From: Trichodelitschia bisporula | Taxonomy: Eukaryota | Direction of reading: 5' to 3' | Length of the DNA: 64,000 bases | NCBI GenBank assembly: GCA_010356995.1 | Contig: ML996687.1 | Coordinates: forward strand, 1,675,803 to 1,739,802 | Shown here: piece by piece, positions 25,129 through 37,632 of the stretch | Position numbering within the stretch: position 1 is the stretch's first letter | How the letters are laid out: each line of letters opens with the position of its first letter | Notes under the pieces: generated by a model | Databases searched by the model: none | Seen by the model: the letters and a program-made list of their open reading frames with translations, nothing else | What the model was told of the DNA's origin: nothing | Program-made: the position numbers and the translations under genes

Positions 25129-26097
25129 ATGGTGACAGCTACAGAGAACGAATACCTCACCTCCCTCCTCGCAGCTCACGACAACCTCGTCGCGCAAGGG
25201 CACATCCACCACGGCCCCTCAACCAGCGTCCTCATCCCCGACAATGGGTTCACCGTCCGTCCCTCCCCCTCACCTCCCTCCCCACCCCAACCCACCACCT
25301 AACAAACCCAGTACGAACTCCGCATCTGCACCGCCTGGTCCCAAAAACCCAACGACATCGCCGCCGCCCTCCCCCCCACCCCCGCGCCCCTCTTCGGACC
25401 CGGCAGCGACATCGCCCTCTCCCACCCGACACAGCACCTCGGCCCCGTCGGCCCCGCCCACATCGCCGCCCTGAACGCCTACCCCGTCTTCCGCCCACAA
25501 CTCCTCCTCCTCACTTCCGACTCCTACGCCCGACAAACCGCCCCGCTGGGAAAGGCTGATATCGCCGCCGCGGTCTCCCTGCTCAACCGCCTCCCAACGG
25601 GCGAGTGGTACGCGCTATACAACTGCGGCCCCACAGCTGGGTGCTCCCGGCTACATAAGCACATGCAAGTCGCGCGAAATCCAGAGTACGCGGAGCCCGG
25701 GTGCAAGTTTCGCTTCTGGCCCGACGTCGAGGCGCGGGATAGCATCCCGTTCGTTGCGTTTGAGCACCGCTTCGACATGCCCCCGGACGAGACAGACGTC
25801 TACGATATGTATATAGAGTTTCTGTGGAAGTGCCGGAAGGTGCTTAGGCTGGATGGCGCGGCACATGTCCCGCATAATGTGATCCTGTGCGACGGGTGGA
25901 TGGTGGTTGTGCCGCGGAGACGAGGGACGTGGGAGGGGCTTGGAGCAAATGCGGTGGGGATGGTGGGCAGTATGACGGTTTCGAGTAAGGAGGCGGTGGA
26001 GCGGTGGAGGGAGCTCGGGCCGACGAGGGTGCTGAGCAAACTGGGCGTGCCGAAGGAGGAATTAGAGTTGCTGGAGGGTGCCCGGGTTGAACATTGA
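25129..26097 (+). CDS. Ap4A phosphorylase / ATP adenylyltransferase (Apa1/Apa2 family)
   Basis: YNCGPTAGCSRLHKHMQ (HxHxQ), HNVIL, VVPRR and GANAVGMVG. Intron 25255-25311. Confidence 0.85.
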
Positions 26098-26504
26098 GCA
26101 TGTGAGACTGCTTTGAGACGATTGGCCATTGTGCCTGACCATTTGGCTCTCAAATCGCAATGGACCATTCAGCTCCGTTGCGGACGAGACACTGATACAG
26201 TCACAAGCACGAGACACATTTCAACCAGGACCTTCAGCCTTCCCAAAATAAGGCTGCAAGTCAACCTGACCTCTACGCAAAGCTGAAGCATCAAGCCCAC
26301 AAGAACCCAGCAGCGCGCCCATTAAAAAGTGTATACACAAAGCGAGCGTAGCTACAGATATCACCGGCCATGCCCGCCGGGGACCCAACCGAACCCTTTT
26401 CCCAACCCGCAATAGACACGCGCCATGAAAGATGCCTCCCGACCAGACCACCCGATATCAAGCAAAGAAGCCAAATCCAAAGCCTTAAAAGACACATCAG
26501 ACCG

Positions 26505-27726
26505 CTACCGATATTGCTTGACCAGCAACCGTCCAATGCTACCAAAGCACACACAGCTGCAAAACAATACGCTCGCAATCCACGTAGCAACACCCACCCC
26601 CTCGTAGTTGGCGCCCACGGCTCCAGAGTATCCGTGCAGCGGCCTCGTAGAGAAGCGTGACCACCACGGACCAGCCGCAGGAGCAGAAATGGATGCCGAG
26701 TCCGTAGCATTGACCGTCACACCCGGCACACCTGATGTGAAATGCCAAGCAGCCGGTGCGGGAATGATAGCAGGATCAGTGCCCAGAACCACGAGAGTCG
26801 CGACCGTGCTCATCAGGCTAGACAGCGCAAAGCCGGCAAATGTGCCATCAAGGAGGTACCAAAGGAAGGGATTCGCAAGCGCCAATGTGAGAGAGAGCTG
26901 AAGGGTCGATGACCAGGGGAGTTTACGCTGGGAGGTTAGCTTCTTGATCATTCTTTGTGCGCTGGCGACTTACAATAGCGAACGCGATCCCAATGAACGC
27001 GCCGACGCTACGCACAACGTCGTGCCACTCTACACCCGGGGTTTCCTGGTGGCGCTTCTCCGTGCTCCCACCATCGCATAGCTTGTCTATCCACGGTAGT
27101 ACCGAGCCGATTGCCACGCCTGCCGCGCCCCAAAATAGGAGATACGTGGCCTCCGCGCCGCCCAAGCCCTCGTCCAACAGTCCGCGCAGCGTGCGGTCGT
27201 CGCGCAGATGTGCAATCAACGCGCCGTAGCACACACCGGACACAAATAGCGCGAAGGCTTTCCAGATCCTATATAGAACCACAGTTGTACGCGATCTGGG
27301 CGCCGTGTGCGGTTGCGACGGTATGTCAGCCTTGCTACGCGGCTCGGGGAGTATTTCGTCGCCATCGGTTTGCAGGAGACGCGCTTCAAGCTCAGCCGCT
27401 GCTGAACCGCGAGGGGAGAAGGAGAAGTCCCCGACGCTGGCATTGCGGCTGGGAGTCTCGGCGCCGGCGCCCCAGGGGGTGGTTGGACCGGAGGTGCCAT
27501 CGAAGGCCGTGGGTGAGTAGATTCCGTAGAGTGTAGAGGCGGTGAGGTTCAGGATGGAGCGCGAGCGAGAGACATCACTCTTGTCGAGGTCGGAGGTCGA
27601 GAGATAAGGAGTCGGCGGTGATGAAGCGTCGGGCGTGGATGAGGGGATTGGCGAAGCTGTCGGGAGCTCGAAAGGCCGTCGGGGCCGGGGGCGGAGAAGG
27701 GGGGGCGATGTGGCATCCGACTCCAT
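26505..27726 (-). CDS. INSIG-domain protein (Nsg1/Nsg2-like)
   Basis: RSRSILNLTASTLYGIY, VRSVGAFIGIAFAI|RKLPWSSTLQLSLTLALANP and ASVLFCSCVCFGSIGR. Intron 26928-26973. Confidence 0.8.
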
Positions 27727-28875
27727 TTTGGTGTTATGGTTTCGGAGGAATGAAGAGAGGAGCAAAAGAACGAGGAGCTCGGAGCTTGTATATGGAAGTT
27801 CGCAGCTTCGTCACGCTTCCAAACTGCAGTGAGAGGGTTCGAGCGGCGCGTGATCGGCTCGGGCGTCAGGCGTGCTTGGATCGTCCAGTCCGGGGTGGGA
27901 TTTGCAGGTCCGCGAGTCGACGAGCGAAAATGAATACGAAGGGGAAAATGCGAAAGATGATTATTTACAACAGCAACTACGGATGTACATATCACGAAGA
28001 AGAGCTGAAGTGGAGAAGTGGTGCGGGGAAAGGGTTTGGTTGAGGAACTACTGCTACTACCGTAGGAAGGTGCGAGAGATGCCCAATGGTTGAGGTTGCA
28101 TTTTGTGGATCTCGTCAGCATATCTGATCCGACATGTGAAGCTGATGCCTGGCCAATATGGCTCATCACATGGCATTAGGACAAGGCATCCATTCAGCTT
28201 TCACATCTTTTGATAGTGAGTTGTGCGCGGCAACCCGGCAAGGACGCCGACATCAATCCAACTGATGATGCAGCGCTTGACATGACTTGTTGGCATTTTG
28301 GTTCGGCACTCGTGCGGTTTCGTCCGTCCCGTCCGGGTTTCTTTTTCGGGATTCGTCTTGAAGATAGGGATGATTGATGTTGAGCTTGTCGTTCGTACAA
28401 GCAATGAAATACTTCGTAGGACAGTAGATGAATCGCACCCAGAACTCTGAGGAATGCGCTCCAGTGTCATCATTATCGCCATCCGCATCACCACTTTGCG
28501 CGCCGCCTTGCCAGGCACCGGATTCGCAGCCACGGAAGTGGCTTGCCGCAGCGCAGATGGGCTTGCCCTGTGCGCGTCAATTGGCTGTGACGCGCATTTG
28601 CGACGTCTGACGTCACGCAGGGCCGATCGCCTGGGGTAGACCACCCCAGCAGGACTGGAGGCAAGCTTTTACAGTACATCTTTCCACTCTTCTTTTAAGA
28701 TTCTTGCTACTACAACCCCTCAGACTTCTCTCCCATTCCCGATCTCGTGCTTAGCTGTCTGTGAAGCACTACTTCACCAACGTTCGACCTGTGCGCTTTC
28801 TCTATTCCGCCGCCCACGCTCACACTGCCACGAACACCATAAACACCCAGAAACATACCGTCTTTTACAGCCAGA

Positions 28876-30001
28876 ATGTGGGGAATATCCTACTGGGCTG
28901 TGCCCATCTTCTCCGCCTTGGTGTGGCTGGCTATGCTTCTTGCGATGCTGCTCTTCTGGATCACAAAGGGCAAGCCAATCTACCCATCCATGGCTGAGGG
29001 GCAGCGCATCGCGTAAGTTAGAAGGACACATACTTCTGGAGCATCACTGATTGCTGTAGATATATCTCCGATGTCGGCACCACGGAATTGAAGCCGCTTT
29101 TTATAGCCATGGGAACAGTATCCGTCGTTACACTGGACCTTGCCTTCATTGCGGAGCGTTGGCTGCGTCACCGCGGCCGGCTTGCACCAAATACATCCAT
29201 GACACAGAAAGCTCTGTCGGGTGCTTCCATCATCTGCTCTATTGGCGGTGCAGCTGGCTTGATTCTCCTCACCATTTTCGACACCCTGCATCATCACCGG
29301 CTTCATGACGTCTTCCTGTGTGTTTTCATGTAAGATTCACCTGTTCTGCAATGGCCGGTGCATACTAATAGCTCAGAATCGGCTACGTCCTCTCGGCTAT
29401 CTTTATCTGCATTGAGTACCAGCGGCTTGGTCGCGCTTTCGATCGCTCTAAGATTATCCGAATCTCTTTCTGGATAAAACTGTTCTTCATCCTTGCCGAA
29501 ATTGCATTGGCCATTGGTATGCCTAGCACACTTCCTTTTTCTTATGTATGCTAACGTACCCCAGCGTTTGGTGTCGCAAACAAGACGAAGCACTACAATA
29601 CTGGTGCTATTCTCGAATGGGTCATCGCTCTCGTATACACCTTCTACGTCCTCTCCTTCTTCGTAGACTTTATTCCTGCTGTCCGTACAAAGCATCATCA
29701 GTCGGTTGAAACCGCAGAGTCAGCTGCCGTACGGCACGCCTCAGGGCAAAGCGGGACGGAGCCGCTGGCGATGAACACCAGTATGGGGCATCACAGCCAA
29801 CCAGCTGCAGCGTACTACGGCAATGGGCACGCCGAGGCCTACGGAAACGGACACACGTCCGCTGAGTACGGTAATGGGCACCACTCCGCCAACTATGGAA
29901 ATGGGCACACCTCCGCCAACTACGGCAATGGCTACGCAAATGGCTACGGAAATGGCTACTCCAAACAGGGGAATGGCGTGGTTCCAGCACAAAACTTCTA
30001 A
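28876..30001 (+). CDS. SFK1: Frag1/DRAM/Sfk1 family membrane protein
   Basis: MWGISYW, YISDVG, ERWLRHRGRL, IFDT, AILEWVIA. Introns 29013-29059, 29330-29376 and 29517-29564. Confidence 0.85.
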
Positions 30002-31230
30002 GCACTGCCACTTGACTTTCTTCTGGTGTTTTAGTCTGGCGTTTTAGCGACATATGGAAATCAGTGGGGATGTTTTCTGGGCATCAGATCTCCATGGAAC
30101 AGGTGTTTGTGAGCAATGTATTACATGGGAATGCACGAACATGGTGAGGTATACGGTAAATCAGGGCGGTAAGCGCACAACGTTAGATTCTAATGTACAC
30201 TATCGCATAAGTCCAACAGTTTCTGCTTTGCGAAGTCAACATCCGTCCTCAATGTGGAAGGGCTTTGCCTTGGCCTTTCATGTCCCTATCGTCTGCCGTC
30301 CGGCAAGTCTAGACCCGGACGGTCAGCTGTTACCATGTGGTCAATGCTCGATAGGCATGATTTTCCGGGGTAAATATCCAGGATGTGAATCCAGTCCAGA
30401 GTGAGCCACCGCGCTTGGCCACCGGAATCGACCTCGATTGATGTTCACTCCAGTGTGCATTTGGTACCAACGCCAATGGCGTGCTAAGGATGTACAGCCT
30501 GTCAGTTGCGAAAAGGCTTTGGACGGAGGTTCAGCTCCGTTACGTCTAAGTTGGATATACTTGGCAATATATCTCCCCACAGGGCACGGCACGGTCTCCC
30601 CTCCCCCACACTTGATATTGACTCGCTGCAGGCACCTCGCTCCGAACCCAAGCCTAAACTTTAATCGGCTGGCTGGTTCACTCCGGGTCCTGAGCGAACG
30701 AGGACCATTCTGCGAGGCTGGATGCCGGTACGTCCTGCCGGGCAACATCTATTGGTCTATCAGCCACCATAGCCATCCACATTAATCTAGCCAACACACA
30801 TCGTGAATGTCGCGAATACGAGCATTCGGTGCAGTGTTTCTTTAACAGATTGGCCTGAATGCTAATCGAGCTGGTTCGCAGGAAAAGAACTCAAAGAAGC
30901 AGTTCTAGTTCGCTGCTTGTCCTACCGTTGCGTTTACCTAGTTGTTCCCCGGAATATCAGATTTCCGTTTCTGGTGGCCCAACAGCTACCATCTAGTTTA
31001 GGGAAGACGCCATGGTGCTATACAAGCGTTCATGATGTGCATCTGATGACCACTATTGACAAGCCCATTCCCCGGAAGTCTGGACCAAGCTTCGACATAA
31101 TCCTCCGAGCGCATAGCCCTCCATCCACTATGTGAACTGCACCTGCTAACGCAGATATAACCCTCCCAGCTGGCCCACCTCTGTTGCAATCGCAGTATTC
31201 GCTCAGCAACCAATGCCCCAATCGCCCATC

Positions 31231-32673
31231 ATGAAGCATCTTACTCTCCTCACTCTCCCTCTCCTCGTTGCTGCCGCTCCGGCCCCTCTCGATAAGCGTC
31301 AAATGACCGGTATGACGGGTAAAATGGGCGGCGCCGGTGCAGCCTTCAGTATCCTGACAGGCCTTTGGCAAGTCCCTGCCGGCAACCCTCAAGTCCCCCT
31401 AAGCACCAAGGCTCTGGTCGCCGACATCGACACCAAGGCAAAACGCGAGCTCCTGCTATGGGGCCCGTTCATCCTGCCAGCAAAGAATGTACGTTCCTCC
31501 CTCTCTCTGTGGACCTCTCATCGGGCGGCTGCTGAAAAGCTAGGCAACGCATGGCCGTGGCGTGGGCATCAAGCTCGATCCGAACAGCGACGCATTTGGC
31601 GCAAAGTTGTCGGGACTCTGCAAAGACTGCACGGTACTCTTTGCCGAGGCGGATATTGCTAACAAAGATGGATCGCGGGCGGATGTGGGGACGGGAATCT
31701 ACACGCATCATATCATCATGGTGGATTATGGGCGGAAGATGATCGATAACCCTGTCTTGCCGCATTGCGGGACGACTGGTGCTACGGGCATATCGCCGAC
31801 AACAGCCCAGTGGTTGCAGAATAACCTAATGCCTAAGGCGTCGGTCTTCATTGGAGGTGGAGGCTCGGGGGGCTCGGGGGGCCAGTTTGCGGTGAAGGGG
31901 AGCGATGTGAAAAGTGGGTTCCATATTGCGGAGAAGGATTCAATGTTGTTTACAACTGAGCTGGTCAACTACGACAACTGGGACAAGGAGATTTATCTCA
32001 GGCTCGACTACGAATACCTGACCGGGAAGCCACAGGGATATTTGGACGTCGGGATTGGTGCCATTGATGTGGACGGCTGCACGGCTAGCCTGGAATTCCG
32101 TAAGGCTGTTGGGATGGACACCAGGATTGAGATCTTATTGACGGCCGAACAGATCCTCCCAGCGACAGGGCCATCACTATCAAATCCCCAGTGTGGGAAG
32201 TGATTGCGGACGGATATCTGGTTAGAATAAGTGAGTTGCGCGTCTCCCCGTTGTGGTCAAGACTGACAAAGTGATAGCTCCGCATTTGTTCGTCTTGTCT
32301 CCCAAGTCATACACTGAGCCCGGCTAACACCCATAGGCATGATGGCGGTGTTGATGCCAAGATCTTCCTCAATGGCGAGCATGTCTGCACGTCCAATGCC
32401 ATCTACGGGACCAGCGAAGGAACCAGAGAAATCGACGGGAAGAAGTGGGAAACCATTAGCGGATACACTCCCTGCTCCAACGCCATTAAGATCAAGAAGG
32501 GCGACAGGTTGACCATGACTTCGGATTATGATTTGACAAAGTACACACTGTAAGGCTGAATTCCTTCGCACGAACGGATAGGATACTGATGAGTGCACAG
32601 GAGACCCGATTCCGTTGATCATTCCATGGGTGCAGAGGCTATGGCGATGGCAACCTTCATATTTGCACATTAG
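31231..32673 (+). CDS. Secreted protein of unknown function, candidate PHM/DBH-like copper monooxygenase fold
   Basis: Signal peptide and KR site. Six exons (introns 31489-31543, 32100-32152, 32231-32277, 32288-32336, 32550-32600) give one continuous frame with YTHHI, TPHLHDGG and EAMAM. Confidence 0.8.
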
Positions 32674-32939
32674 AAGAAGCAGTGTACTTAATTAGGATGG
32701 TTTCTATCATCACCTGAGCGATGGTGTCTCTCAAGCACGTAAAAATGTCATGATGATGTTAAGGCGCGGCGGTTTACAAATGCACGGACCTGGGAGGTTG
32801 CGGCAGGTGATGGACCGGAACAACCGTCCTGCCGAGGTTCAGATTCTTCCCAAAAAGGAGCTTTCGCTTTTCAGCTCTACTTCTTCCTCCCATCCCCCTC
32901 CATCATCATGTAACTATCCTCCACCCCGCCTCCATCATA

Positions 32940-34049
32940 ATGGCTCAAACCGATGATGGCCGCAACTTCCCCTTTGCTGCATCGCCCGACATCATCCGCT
33001 CCAACCAAAAGGACGCGTACTTCCAGGGCATCCTCCTTGAGCAGCTCTCCGAGATCGTGCGCAAGGTCAAGGGTGCTCGCTTTGCCCACAACTACACCTC
33101 GGAGACGCGGACGCTGGCCGATCTGCTGTACCTGGGTTTGACGACGTTTATTGGCAACCGTACTCTCGGCGAAGAGTACTGCGACATCGTCCAGGTTGAG
33201 GATGACACTCGCCGCCTACCCAACATCTACCGCCGGTCGGGATACATCGTCACCAGTATCCTGCTTCCATACTCGCTGAACAAGATCCTTCCTACCTTCA
33301 GGCGACGCGTGCGCGCGAAGTTGGAGGCAGTGCTCAAGCGAAAGGCGGCCAAGGACCCCAAGTCGGCGTCTTCCAACATTTCAAGGTTCCAGTCTTACAT
33401 CCTCCATAATCTGGATACCATCACATCCCCGTCGCCTGTCTATGCGGTTTCGTTGGCTGTGTTCTACTTTTCCGGTGCCTACTACCACCTTGGAAAAAGA
33501 ATATGGGGCCTTCGGTACATGTTTACGCGGCGTGTGAACCCCAGCGACCAACGCGTGGGGTATGAAGTGCTCGGTGTGCTACTTGTTTGCCAGATGGCTG
33601 TCCAGTCGTGGCTGCACATGCACAACATCTACACCCGAGGCTCGTCGATCGCCAACATCGGCACTGTTGCGGGCAGCAGTGCGGTGCTCGACCACGGCGT
33701 TGAGGTGTCTTTGAACCCGCACGACTACAGCAGCAACAACGCGTTGCTCTTCGACTCGGACATTCCGCATCCTGAGAAGGATAAGGATGCTCTGCAGAAG
33801 ATGACGCACACACCCATATTGTCTGAGCCCAGGTACAATCTGGAAGACAAGGAAGTCATGCAGTGGATCAATGGCCGACAGCAGCGGAAGTGCACGCTGT
33901 GCCTGGAACCGATGAAGGATCCGAGTGTTACGACGTGTGGCCACACCTTCTGCTGGACCTGCGTCGGCGACTGGTGCCGAGAGAAGCCTGAGTGCCCACT
34001 GTGCCGCCAGACGTGCCATGTGCAGCACATTCTACCACTGCGTGGATGA
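32940..34049 (+). CDS. PEX10: Peroxisomal RING E3 ligase peroxin 10
   Basis: PDIIRSNQKD, RTLGEEYCDI and C-terminal RING CTLC..CGHTFCWTC..CPLCR. Confidence 0.97.
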   Translation: MAQTDDGRNFPFAASPDIIRSNQKDAYFQGILLEQLSEIVRKVKGARFAHNYTSETRTLADLLYLGLTTFIGNRTLGEEYCDIVQVEDDTRRLPNIYRRSGYIVTSILLPYSLNKILPTFRRRVRAKLEAVLKRKAAKDPKSASSNISRFQSYILHNLDTITSPSPVYAVSLAVFYFSGAYYHLGKRIWGLRYMFTRRVNPSDQRVGYEVLGVLLVCQMAVQSWLHMHNIYTRGSSIANIGTVAGSSAVLDHGVEVSLNPHDYSSNNALLFDSDIPHPEKDKDALQKMTHTPILSEPRYNLEDKEVMQWINGRQQRKCTLCLEPMKDPSVTTCGHTFCWTCVGDWCREKPECPLCRQTCHVQHILPLRG

Positions 34050-35040
34050 AGGCTTTGAGAGTTCGATGATACTTTCGCGAACCTTTACACATGCACTTAT
34101 ACCCCCAGCAATATGGTATGCAACCCTCATTTTCTTTTCCTCCGCTTCTATGATGATTCAAAATTTTCAATGCATAGTTCATCCGAGACTATGTCAATGT
34201 TGAGACAAAAATCGCTCTTTCGCTCCTATCTGATCTGCCTTCATTTATTCTTAGTCTTATTGTGTTTCCGAAGCACTGCTGACGATCAAAGTCTAGTTTA
34301 ATGTCTTGTGGCGATTTAGCAAGATGGCGGTGGACTCTCGCCGCTTCCGAGGGCAGTAATGCTGAAGGCTATTGCCAGTGAGTTGGATCATGCAGTGATC
34401 TTGCCAGCCGTCGTTGGGCGCATTTCTAGACGTCATCAATGCTTAGAGATGGACGTGAGGGCTTGCTTGTTCAGATTTGGACGTCCATGTCATTACTGCA
34501 TAGAGACAGGCATATTGCCTGCGTGTAGAGTGCTATTAGGCTGAGAAATCCGGTGGAGCTGTTCGGTGCTTGGGGGACGTTATATGAAGTTGGAAGATAG
34601 CAAGCTGAATGAACTGCCCTATCAGCTAACGAAATTCAAGTCGTACCTCTTGAATTCTCCATATTGTGAAAGCATGTTCCCTGCCTTATTCCGGGTCGTG
34701 TAACGCCTCGAGAAGTGCAAAGCAGAAAATAATAGAGCCCCAAGCCATTCGGCGGCCAGGGGTTTGGCACGTCGCAGAGTCGCAGCGTGCGGCAGGACCA
34801 CGAAACCATCACGCCTCGCCACCTCACCACCAAAAACAAATCTCAATGTTCGCATAGCAGCTGTTGTCCCAACCACTCACCTCCCATTCTTATCCTTGCA
34901 TCTCGTCCCGAGTCTCTCCCTCGCGCCCGTCTCTTTCTAGCACTGTTCCCCCTTCCGTCCCTCCGCTCGCCGCAGCCCTCCCCTATGCTCCGCCGCCCCT
35001 CCTGCTAACACTCAAGGGAGCATATGCATCTGGAACCCAC

Positions 35041-37632
35041 ATGCAGGCGACTTCGCAGGCGCAGGCGCGGAACACTCAGCGGACGAAGCTCGCCAACTCG
35101 TACCAGGAACTCCTAGAGTCCGTCCAGTCCCTCCTGCCCTTTCGTCTCTAGTCTAACATCGGCCAGCGAGTTCTCTGCGCATGAACTCCGCAATGTCGGC
35201 AACTACACCCTCGGGCGAATGATCGGGAAGGGATCGTTTGGAAAGGTCTATCTGGCGACACATAAGCTCACAAATGGCTCAAAAGTGCGTACTTGCGCTG
35301 CTATGATGCGCTGCCGTGATGTTCTGACGCGGGTCAGGTGGTGCTCAAGTCGGCCAAAAAAGAGGATTCCAATCTCGCGCGCGAGATCCACCACCATCGC
35401 CAGTTTATACATCCACACATTGCACGCCTCTACGAGGTCATAGTAACGGAGACACTGGTGTGGTTGGTGCTGGAATACTGTTCTGGTGGGTTAGCTGTCG
35501 GTCGCAGAGAGCGCGTCGTCTGACCGAACATAGGAGATGAGCTCTACAACCACCTTCTCAATACCGGGCCCATGGAACCCGCCAAAGTCCAGAAGATCTT
35601 CACACAACTCGTCGGGGCCGTATCATATGTGCACCAAAAGTCGTGCGTCCACCGCGACTTGAAGCTCGAGAACATACTCTTAGACAAGCACGAAAACGTC
35701 AAGTTGGTTGATTTTGGCTTCACACGCGAATATGAGGGCCGGGCAAGCTACCTGCAGACTTGGTGTGGGACGGTATGCTACAGCGCGCCGGAGATGCTCA
35801 AAGGTGAAAAGTACGCTGGAGAAAAGGTGGACGTGTGGAGTTTGGGCATCATCCTGTACGCACTTCTCTGCGGCGAACTGCCATTTGACGACGATGACGA
35901 GTCAACGACGAAGACGCGCATATTGAAGGAGGAGCCGAAGTACCCCGAGCACATCCCAGCCCCTGCGAAGGAGCTGATAGTCAAACTGCTCTCCAAGCGT
36001 CCGCTTCTTCGACCGTCCCTTGCGGATATTCTACAACATCCCTGGCTCGCAGAGCACGCACCACAACAGCAGGCGATACTGAAGCTCCAACAGCCAGCGC
36101 CTTTCAGTACAGATCTGGAAAAAGAAACGCTTCAGCGCATGCGGGGAGCGGGCGTGGACATTGACATGGTGATAGAGCATGTTCTTGCGCAACGCTGCGA
36201 CTCTTTGGCAGGGTGGTGGGCTCTCCTTTTGGAAAAGGAAGAGCGCAAGGCGAAGAGAAGAGAGCGGAAGCGCAAGGAGCGCGAGGCTGAGGCTAAGAGC
36301 ATCCGGAGATTGAGCGCTGCGAGCAGCCGTCTCGAGCGCATGGCGCCAACAATCCGCGAGGAACACGAGGAGCATCTCAGCGTCCCCCTTGTTGGCGACC
36401 CGCCCCGGAGCCGCGGCCGGAATATGAAGCGGAACAGCACTTCAGGTGAAGACATCTCGACGCGATCGGCCTCTTGTTTTGGTTTCTGGCTAACCCCATC
36501 GATAGCCGCTGCTGCTCCCGACCTGCCACGTCTGCTTGAGAAGACTTCTCCCAAGGACGCGCCATATCCGCCGCCAGAGTCTGTCCGCTCAGCTAGTTCG
36601 TCGAGGCCGCCGCCGCCGCCCAAGGAGAAGCGCAACAGTACGCTCCAGGTGATGCATACGAACCCAGATCTCATTGCCTCCACGAATGGGGTTGTACACA
36701 ACCAAAGGCGACGGTACCAGTACCCGCTACTGAACCAGTTGGCATCGTTGAAGCACTGGTTTAAGGAATCAGCAAAACGTGCGAGATCGCCGAATACGTC
36801 GAAGGCCGGCTCTCCCTCGGCTCCTAAGGTGGCCCAACGACCTCCGCTGGATACCCGTCGCATGTCACAGATTAGTTCCAGTTCTTACCGCTACTCCAAC
36901 ACCTACAACCGCGCCGACATCTACACGCGAGCAAACCTACCTCAACGTCCTTTTGTCTCAACCAGCGGCCTCACCACCACGCCGAAACGCTCCTCGCTCT
37001 CTCCCTCGCCGATAGCGTCACATGCTTCGTACCGCCGCAGCTCTCACGGTCTTCGAGGCCGCAAATCCACATCATCATCTGTCTCGTCTATCCGCTCCAT
37101 CCACCACCATCACCACACGCACTCCAAAGCATCCTCAACCTCTTCGACCACCACCTCTCTTGCCTCACCCACGACTTCGACCAGTATGAAGCTCGGCAAC
37201 CGCAGTCCTCACAACTCGACCGTCAAAGTGCTTCCCGCAACACCGACATCCTCTACTTTCCCTTCCGGCATCCGTCTCGCTCGTGTGCCTGCTTCAAACC
37301 CTGCTCCGCTGTCCGAGTCTGCAGCCGCTTTCTCCGCACTCCCGCCTCCGAGTCCGGGGCTTATCTTCGCGAAGCGGAAACGTAGCCCCTTCAAAGGGCC
37401 GATGCTCGCAGTCGGGGGCGGATCGAGCTCGCGCGGGCGCGGCGAGAGTGGCAGCCGGACGGCGAGTGTGCAGGGTCGGCGGAGCGGGGAAGTTACGATT
37501 GCGGAGGAGGAAGAGGAAGAGGACGAGGACGTTGAAGAGGTGGAGGAGTTTTCACCTCTAAAAACAGGGGAGATCATTGTCGAAGGAGAGCCGCCGCCTG
37601 GAGATTTGGCGTTCCTGAAGGACAAAGCTTAG
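35041..37632 (+). CDS. Ser/Thr protein kinase, CAMK/CAMKL group (S. pombe Ppk16-like)
   Basis: GKGSFGKV, VVLK, HRDLKLEN, DFG, CGTVCYSAPE and DVWSLG. Introns 35118-35166, 35285-35337, 35486-35533 and probably 36446-36505. Confidence 0.9.
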
